From positions 19,158,001 to 19,222,000 of the forward strand of contig NC_086383.1 in assembly GCF_036588685.1 (NCBI RefSeq): a DNA stretch of 64,000 nucleotides, given 5' to 3'. The position numbers were made by a program, and so were the translations under genes. This stretch comes from Mytilus trossulus. Lineage: Eukaryota. Positions 62,301 to 64,000 of the stretch are shown here, one piece after another (position 1 is the stretch's first letter; each line of letters opens with the position of its first letter). The notes beneath the pieces are model-generated. The model worked only from the letters and a program-made list of their open reading frames with translations, was not told the DNA's origin and searched no databases.

Positions 62301-64000
62301 GATTTGCAAACTAAACTTACGAGGACAATCTTCCTCTGTTACTAGAACATCATCTATAGCAATGTCACCAAGGGGACCATCTCCATGGACTGCTACAAAA
62401 GTTAATTCTACGTCAGTGCCAGCTAGTATAGTAAGTGGCATGCAAACCTGTTTCCATTCATCCAAATGAGGACCAGTTAAAGTCCAGACTGTTGTAAGAG
62501 AATTATCTCCCTTATCTTTGGCTTGAACCAATAATGTGCCTGTATCATTACCATACATATGATATTTAAACTGAAGTTTCTGACTTCCTGTTGCTTTGAA
62601 TTCTGGGAAGGTTAAGGCTGTTGCATCACCAAGGCTACCATATGTTGCTTCAGCATACATATAATATCCTGAAATATACAGAAATTTTCATCTTTCAAAA
62701 AAAAAATTCATTCAAAATTTTAAACTTGTTATGCAAAGGATGATAACCTCAGGAAATTGAGTTGAAAATAACCTGGGAACAGAACTAACAGAAAATGATC
62801 CTGATAGGTCTTTTAATTGTCTATCATAATGTTAACATCTTTAACTTATATCTACTGTAAAAGCTACTAAAAATAACTACAACTGTTTATATTTTATTAT
62901 ATTTTGTGTATTTTCCTGGATACTCAGAAAGTATTTCACAGGGGTACTTTATTGAAGCTTGGACAATGAAGTAAAGTTGTAACAAGCAATTTTAAAAGAA
63001 TATTTATATTTTGTTAAAAAAAAAATTAAAAACTACTGTAAAAGCAGTGGAGGATTTGACAATTTTGTTTGTTTTTTTTGTGGAAAGAATATATCAACGA
63101 AATTAAAACCTCCACAAAAATGTGACCATCATATAATATCACTTCCATTTAATGGTAACCACACCACTAAATCCCTAAAAAAATCTTATATAGAGACAAA
63201 ACCACAAAAGTTTAACCCTTCTAAAAATGACTGTTTCTGCTGTATAAAAGCTATACAGTACCATCGCTGTCGGAGTCTGGTCCAGTCTGTTTAGACATTG
63301 TTGGTCCACTATGTCTGATCCACTTATACGTGTGTGATGGTAGTGTACAGGTACAGTTTACACTGTAGCCACAGATTAATGGCTGCTCAAATCCACATTT
63401 CTCTTCTGATATTCCAACTGTAAATTATAAAAAAAAATACTTTAATTTTATGGGTAAAAGTAACCACAAATTTATTTATGGTTATTCAAAAATATTTTAC
63501 ATTGTGTCTTCTATAAAGTAATTAACAAGGTTTTCTAGGAGTAATTTTAAAAATTGAAGACTTATGGATGCAAAAATTAATAAAATTAATTAGTAAAAAT
63601 TCTACATCAAGATGTTTTCGACATAAAATCACAGCACAAAAATGTGCATTTGAAAAATTAACCACCCATTACATTGCATTTTTAAAGTTGTGCAATTGTT
63701 TGAAATAAACTGAGTCAAAATATAACTAAATTGTTTTACATCATTATCGTAAAAAAAATTATGCCATAATATGCCAATAGTTTATGGATATAATCTTACC
63801 ATGACATGGTTCATCTGACACTGTCACATTATCAACAGCAATCACTGCATCATCACCGCTGCTCCGGGATGCTACAAACTCCAGCGACAAATCTCCTTCC
63901 TGTGCGAGGGGTACACAGGACATAAGCCATCCTTCATCTTGTTCACCCTCTCTCTTCCATAATGAAGATCTCTGACCATTGCCATTTACTGTGGAAACTT
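2023..64000 (-). CDS. Partial multi-exon gene: large MAM and LDL-receptor class A domain protein with mucin-like repeat, Frizzled CRD and SRCR-like domain (MALRD1/MLRP-like architecture)
   Basis: 39 exons with GT/AG borders whose phases chain without frameshift or stop (8433 nt, ~2810 aa). Contains 14 MAM (CxFE..C..W / GxxMY..IAxDDV..C), 4 LDLa, 1 FZ and 1 SRCR-like domain. Start and stop are not in the window. Confidence 0.92.
3361..3401 (-). ncRNA. Hammerhead ribozyme motif, GAAA box mutated to AAAA (probably inactive)
   Basis: Reverse complement is identical to 4092-4132 except for one change at position 3374. Confidence 0.7.
3447..3660. repeat. 16-bp minisatellite (GGCGGTTGAGTTGACC), ~13 copies, mirrored at ~3925-4045
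   Basis: Read directly. It explains the repetitive ORF 3431..3685. Confidence 0.9.
4092..4132 (+). ncRNA. Minimal type I hammerhead ribozyme motif, core intact
   Basis: gcct-CTGATGA-a-ggtcc tttat ggacc-GAAA-ccgg-TC-aggc: stem I gcct/aggc, 5-bp stem II, palindromic stem III ACCGGT, GUC triplet. Confidence 0.82.
5384..5515 (-). CDS. Exon, MAM14 N-terminal part ([22 protein letters not shown]...[10 protein letters not shown])
   Basis: CAG/GT borders, 132 nt, phase 1-1. Confidence 0.9.
6092..6202 (-). CDS. Exon, LDLa domain ([36 protein letters not shown])
   Basis: Six Cys with C-terminal acidic motif, 111 nt, phase 1-1. Confidence 0.92.
6600..10252. repeat. 23-bp satellite (GAGGTCAATGTCATCACTATATA) with an 892-bp higher-order duplication
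   Basis: Read directly. Block ~7570-8460 is repeated at ~8462-9352, consistent with ORF pairs 7945/8837 and 7796/8688. Confidence 0.95.
6781..6977. mobile_element. TA-flanked MITE (ACTGTAAATTCAGA...TCTGAATGTACAGT) inserted in the satellite
   Basis: Terminal inverted repeats. Related decayed copies near 5150-5355, 11607-11744 and 53976. Confidence 0.65.
10281..10398 (-). CDS. Exon, MAM13 last part ([12 protein letters not shown]...[15 protein letters not shown])
   Basis: CAG/GTAAG, 118 nt, phase 0-1. Confidence 0.9.
10526..10791 (+). mobile_element. TTAA-flanked MITE (GGTGGTAC...GTACCACC termini, Kolobok-like), copy 1 of 5
   Basis: TIRs and TTAA on both sides. Same internal sequence as 19262, 20019, 30428 and 32511. 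Confidence 0.75.
11774..12024 (-). CDS. Exon, MAM13 middle part ([13 protein letters not shown]...WKPTQ)
   Basis: CAG/GTAAG, 251 nt, phase 1-0. Confidence 0.88.
14357..15140. mobile_element. Helentron/HINE-type non-autonomous element with ~168-bp internal tandem repeats
   Basis: About 3.8 tandem units (14437, 14604, 14772, 14940), GGAC/GACA microsatellite at ~15082-15107, terminal short palindrome TATACCC...GGGTATA. Confidence 0.65.
15144..15305. repeat. Long palindrome with perfect 63-bp arms
   Basis: GAAATAATTCATGG...GATATTCG and its exact reverse complement around a 36-nt spacer that can itself partly pair. Confidence 0.9.
16172..17095. mobile_element. MITE with GGTCCTACTAAAA TIRs, GC-rich subterminal repeats and 8-bp TSD
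   Basis: TSD TAATGTAA at 16164-16171 and 17096-17103. AGCGCCC(C)GGG repeats at both ends. Confidence 0.75.
18909..19037 (-). CDS. Exon, MAM13 N-terminal part ([17 protein letters not shown]...DHTYGNKS)
   Basis: CAG/GTGAG, 129 nt, phase 1-1. Confidence 0.9.
19262..19534 (+). mobile_element. TTAA-flanked Kolobok-like MITE, copy 2
   Basis: GGTGGTACC...GGTACCACC termini, TTAA TSD. Confidence 0.75.
19649..19815. mobile_element. Small MITE-like element with 17-bp TIR AATACACCTTATCGCTA
   Basis: Perfect inverted termini about 165 bp apart. Confidence 0.55.
20019..20290 (+). mobile_element. TTAA-type Kolobok-like MITE, copy 3
   Basis: Same termini and internal sequence. Left TSD reads TGAA. Confidence 0.72.
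20307..20411 (-). CDS. Exon, LDLa domain ([35 protein letters not shown])
   Basis: Six Cys with DCxDxSDE motif, 105 nt, phase 1-1. Confidence 0.93.
20660..21212 (+). mobile_element. Decayed SINE fragment (Nin-domain-like) interrupted by a TA-flanked MITE at ~20805-21013
   Basis: GTCCAAAGTCAGGAGCCT motif and 3' tail ending CATACCACATCTTC, shared with ~23610-23975, 29798-29890, 53325-53510 and 54160-54270. The MITE is also present at ~22470-22674 and 56886-57070. Confidence 0.5.
21928..22266 (-). CDS. Exon, MAM12 C-terminal part (GRFLYCNSS...[15 protein letters not shown])
   Basis: TAG/GTAAGT, 339 nt, phase 1-1. Confidence 0.92.
22908..23048 (-). CDS. Exon, MAM12 N-terminal part ([19 protein letters not shown]...SGW)
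   Basis: TAG/GTATGT, 141 nt, phase 1-1. Confidence 0.88.
24153..24494 (-). CDS. Exon, MAM11 C-terminal part (GHFMYVESS...[16 protein letters not shown])
   Basis: CAG/GTAAT, 342 nt, phase 1-1, canonical MAM motifs. Confidence 0.95.
24729..24880. mobile_element. Small MITE, CAG...CTG termini, 5-bp TSD ATTTG
   Basis: CAGGGGCAGACCCAG / CTGGATCTGCCACTG termini, ATTTG on both sides. Confidence 0.65.
25107..25265 (-). CDS. Exon, MAM11 N-terminal part ([18 protein letters not shown]...[11 protein letters not shown])
   Basis: CAG/GTAAT, 159 nt, phase 1-1. Confidence 0.93.
25801..26154 (-). CDS. Exon, MAM10 C-terminal part (GGYMYTSTC...[14 protein letters not shown])
   Basis: TAG/GTAAGT, 354 nt, phase 1-1. 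Confidence 0.94.
26693..26857 (-). CDS. Exon, MAM10 N-terminal part ([14 protein letters not shown]...[11 protein letters not shown])
   Basis: TAG/GTAGG, 165 nt, phase 1-1. Confidence 0.92.
26994..27715. repeat. 60-bp tandem repeat, 12 identical copies
   Basis: Successive 60-nt sequence lines are identical. Confidence 0.97.
28022..28235 (-). CDS. Exon, MAM9 last part ([13 protein letters not shown]...[15 protein letters not shown])
   Basis: AAG acceptor, GTAAGT donor, 214 nt, phase 0-1. Confidence 0.85.
28769..28923 (-). CDS. Exon, MAM9 middle part ([13 protein letters not shown]...SGSLQ)
   Basis: TAG/GTATT, 155 nt, phase 1-0. Confidence 0.85.
29410..29535 (-). CDS. Exon, MAM9 N-terminal part ([20 protein letters not shown]...FQWVW)
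   Basis: CAG/GTAAT, 126 nt, phase 1-1. Confidence 0.87.
30428..30700 (-). mobile_element. TTAA-flanked Kolobok-like MITE, copy 4 (inverted)
   Basis: Reverse complement of copies 1-3, TTAA both sides. Confidence 0.75.
31183..31335 (+). mobile_element. SINE/LINE 3' tail fragment
   Basis: Ends GGTATCTTTCGTCCCTCTTTT. Reverse copy split at ~34025-34110 plus ~35720-35850, and a decayed copy at ~53116-53220. Confidence 0.5.
31398..31730 (-). CDS. Exon, divergent MAM8 C-terminal part ([21 protein letters not shown]...VQEQEICP)
   Basis: CAG/GTGAGT, 333 nt, phase 1-1. Confidence 0.85.
32035..32145 (-). CDS. Exon, MAM8 N-terminal part ([18 protein letters not shown]...GW)
   Basis: TAG/GTATGT, 111 nt, phase 1-1. 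Confidence 0.82.
32511..32742 (-). mobile_element. TTAA-flanked Kolobok-like MITE, copy 5 (inverted, internally deleted)
   Basis: Same termini, TTAA both sides. Confidence 0.72.
33853..33989 (-). CDS. Exon, SRCR-like domain C-terminal half (TGSAAGSF...[14 protein letters not shown]...LVRC)
   Basis: CAG/GTAAGT, 137 nt, phase 2-1. It restores the frame with the 154-nt upstream exon. Confidence 0.82.
34112..35720 (-). mobile_element. Helentron/Helitron2-like non-autonomous insertion splitting a SINE tail
   Basis: Asymmetric inverted motif AAAGCAATTGCT near both ends, subterminal hairpin AGCCTGAAAGGCT, A/T-run target. The flanking SINE halves rejoin across it. Confidence 0.55.
36126..36245. repeat. 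Two-copy ~62-bp tandem duplication
   Basis: ATATAACCAATGGCCTGATTCATTTCTAAAGAGTCATCTCCTATTGGTCAATCTATTC occurs twice. Confidence 0.85.
36318..36471 (-). CDS. Exon, SRCR-like domain N-terminal half ([17 protein letters not shown]...LVCQYLGY)
   Basis: Resembles the SRCR pattern EGxVEV..WGxVC..VCxxLG. TAG/GTAAGT, 154 nt, phase 1-2. Confidence 0.85.
37038..42005. repeat. 70-bp satellite, ~71 copies, each containing an exon 3' end and a GTAAGT donor (minus strand)
   Basis: Unit GCAGTCAATACTTACTTGTTCCATATGGAGTAGTTCTAGGGGTTGTATTAGTGGAATAATTTGTTGATAG. The last copy is part of exon 41953-42039. Confidence 0.97.
41953..42039 (-). CDS. Exon, Ser/Thr-rich linker ([29 protein letters not shown])
   Basis: TTTCAG acceptor, GTAAGT donor, 87 nt, phase 1-1, open frame between the FZ and SRCR exons. 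Confidence 0.78.
42140..43263. mobile_element. Non-autonomous DNA transposon with hAT-like TIR CAGGGGTGTGGAAAT and 5-bp TSD CAACT
   Basis: Perfect 15-bp TIRs and ACTTGTCC/ACTTGCCC subterminal repeats. Confidence 0.75.
43965..44081 (-). CDS. Exon, Frizzled-type CRD C-terminal part ([11 protein letters not shown]...[15 protein letters not shown])
   Basis: TTTTTAG/GTATGT, 117 nt, phase 1-1. Supplies the last three Cys of the domain. Confidence 0.82.
44788..45024 (-). CDS. Exon, Frizzled-type CRD ([27 protein letters not shown]...CALSLPTC...ICRQSCL)
   Basis: C-x7-C..NxTxxPNxxG..C..C..PxC..CRxxC pattern. CAG/GTATGT, 237 nt, phase 1-1. Confidence 0.88.
45241..46291. mobile_element. Non-autonomous DNA transposon, GGCC termini, TAA TSD (Zator/Harbinger-like)
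   Basis: Imperfect ~33-bp TIR GGCCAATTAAAAATAATTGCTAGATTTTCATCC. Left end repeated at ~46375-46433. Confidence 0.72.
46452..47014. mobile_element. TTAA-flanked MITE (GGAGGCTTGCGGGT...ACCCGCGAGCCCCC), Kolobok-like
   Basis: Imperfect TIRs and TTAA on both sides. Confidence 0.72.
47126..48336. mobile_element. Helentron/HINE-type element with a nested insert
   Basis: Subterminal hairpin GGCTCTAAAGAGCC, inverted motif GCTCACCT/AGGTGAGC, A-run target. The nested palindromic element ends at ~48019. Confidence 0.55.
48769..49641 (-). CDS. Exon, mucin-like acidic Thr/Pro/Glu repeat of 10-aa units ([11 protein letters not shown], then [12 protein letters not shown])
   Basis: CAG/GTAAGT, 873 nt, phase 1-1, 30-bp coding tandem repeat. 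Confidence 0.85.
49886..50820. mobile_element. Non-autonomous element with TGTAA...TTACA termini and many AAATATTGTCC subterminal repeats (Ginger-like)
   Basis: Inverted repeat clusters at both ends. Flanks CCAT/CCAA (imperfect 4-bp TSD). Confidence 0.55.
51570..51908 (-). CDS. Exon, MAM7 C-terminal part (GSFMYTGD...[14 protein letters not shown])
   Basis: CAG/GTTAGT, 339 nt, phase 1-1. Confidence 0.93.
52478..52612 (-). CDS. Exon, MAM7 N-terminal part ([21 protein letters not shown]...DHTF)
   Basis: CAG/GTAAA, 135 nt, phase 1-1. Confidence 0.9.
52844..52954 (-). CDS. Exon, LDLa domain ([36 protein letters not shown])
   Basis: Six Cys with acidic motif, 111 nt, phase 1-1. Confidence 0.93.
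53573..53905 (-). CDS. Exon, MAM6 C-terminal part ([11 protein letters not shown]...[14 protein letters not shown])
   Basis: CAG/GTAAGT, 333 nt, phase 1-1. Confidence 0.92.
54634..54720 (-). CDS. Exon, MAM6 N-terminal part ([20 protein letters not shown])
   Basis: CAG/GTAAGT, 87 nt, phase 1-1. Confidence 0.88.
55182..55292 (-). CDS. Exon, LDLa domain ([36 protein letters not shown])
   Basis: Canonical CDGxxxCxDGSDE motif, 111 nt, phase 1-1. Confidence 0.95.
55309..55502. repeat. Degenerate ~30-bp tandem repeat (TTTTTTAATCAGATTTTCATGA..TTGTTC)
   Basis: About 6 degenerate copies immediately upstream of the LDLa acceptor. Confidence 0.7.
56045..56380 (-). CDS. Exon, MAM5 C-terminal part ([10 protein letters not shown]...[15 protein letters not shown])
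   Basis: CAG/GTGAGT, 336 nt, phase 1-1. Confidence 0.92.
57126..57221 (-). CDS. Exon, MAM5 N-terminal part ([24 protein letters not shown])
   Basis: CAG/GTAAG, 96 nt, phase 1-1. Confidence 0.9.
57770..58108 (-). CDS. Exon, MAM4 C-terminal part ([11 protein letters not shown]...[15 protein letters not shown])
   Basis: CAG/GTAAGT, 339 nt, phase 1-1. Confidence 0.92.
58573..58695 (-). CDS. Exon, MAM4 N-terminal part ([20 protein letters not shown]...YKW)
   Basis: TAG/GTAAGT, 123 nt, phase 1-1. Confidence 0.9.
58945..59310 (-). CDS. Exon, MAM3 C-terminal part (GSYFYALSG...[14 protein letters not shown])
   Basis: CAG/GTAAGT, 366 nt, phase 1-1. Confidence 0.92.
59425..60912. mobile_element. Non-autonomous DNA transposon, GGCC termini, TAA TSD (Zator/Harbinger-like)
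   Basis: ~28-bp near-perfect TIR GGCCGTTTTTATTAAATAAGTTGGTTTAC, TAA on both flanks. Confidence 0.75.
61107..61223 (-). CDS. Exon, MAM3 N-terminal part ([17 protein letters not shown]...KWVR)
   Basis: CAG/GTAAA, 117 nt, phase 1-1. Confidence 0.88.
61786..62152 (-). mobile_element. ~350-bp retrozyme-like monomer with short terminal redundancy and a degenerate hammerhead (61813-61854)
   Basis: Minus strand gtatca-CTGAAGA-gaaatgttgtt-GAAA-tgtgca-TC-tggtgc. Similar words AAAATTAACAGTAC and AAAATCAACGGAAC at the two ends. Confidence 0.55.
62321..62668 (-). CDS. Exon, MAM2 C-terminal part ([11 protein letters not shown]...[16 protein letters not shown])
   Basis: CAG/GTAAGT, 348 nt, phase 1-1, canonical MAM motifs. 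Confidence 0.95.
63262..63417 (-). CDS. Exon, MAM2 N-terminal part ([13 protein letters not shown]...[16 protein letters not shown])
   Basis: CAG/GTACT, 156 nt, phase 1-1. Confidence 0.9.
63800..64000 (-). CDS. Exon truncated by the window edge, MAM1 C-terminal part ([12 protein letters not shown]...[14 protein letters not shown])
   Basis: Open frame with MAM C-terminal motif, GTAAG donor, phase 1. Confidence 0.92.

Noticed and set aside
1-64000. Assigning the symbol MALRD1, or an autonomous transposase/RT gene
   Set aside because: The architecture differs from vertebrate MALRD1 and orthology cannot be tested here. None of the listed ORFs shows transposase, RT or helicase motifs.

Overview
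AT-rich eukaryotic genomic DNA, most likely a bivalve mollusc such as Mytilus (inferred from the repeat families). The whole window lies inside one large minus-strand gene whose start and stop are both outside the window. I traced 39 GT-AG exons by hand (63800-64000 down to 2023-2367). They join into one open frame of about 2810 codons encoding an extracellular mosaic protein: [MAM x5 (first partial)-LDLa-MAM-LDLa-MAM] - acidic Thr/Pro/Glu repeat - Frizzled-type CRD - Ser/Thr linker - SRCR-like - [MAM x5-LDLa-MAM-LDLa-MAM]. The introns are full of non-autonomous DNA transposons/MITEs, Helentron-type elements, SINE fragments and satellites. No transposase or RT ORF is visible. The most unusual signals are: (1) a 5-kb, ~71-copy 70-bp satellite built from the 3' end of a coding exon plus its splice donor, in which some variant units form candidate in-frame 45-nt cassette exons; (2) repeated local duplication across exon-intron borders at six places in the gene; (3) four hammerhead-ribozyme motifs, including a Penelope-like insertion with an inverted arm and a 17-bp TSD, where the copies in host-sense orientation are the damaged ones; (4) an internal macro-duplication of the MAM/LDLa block.
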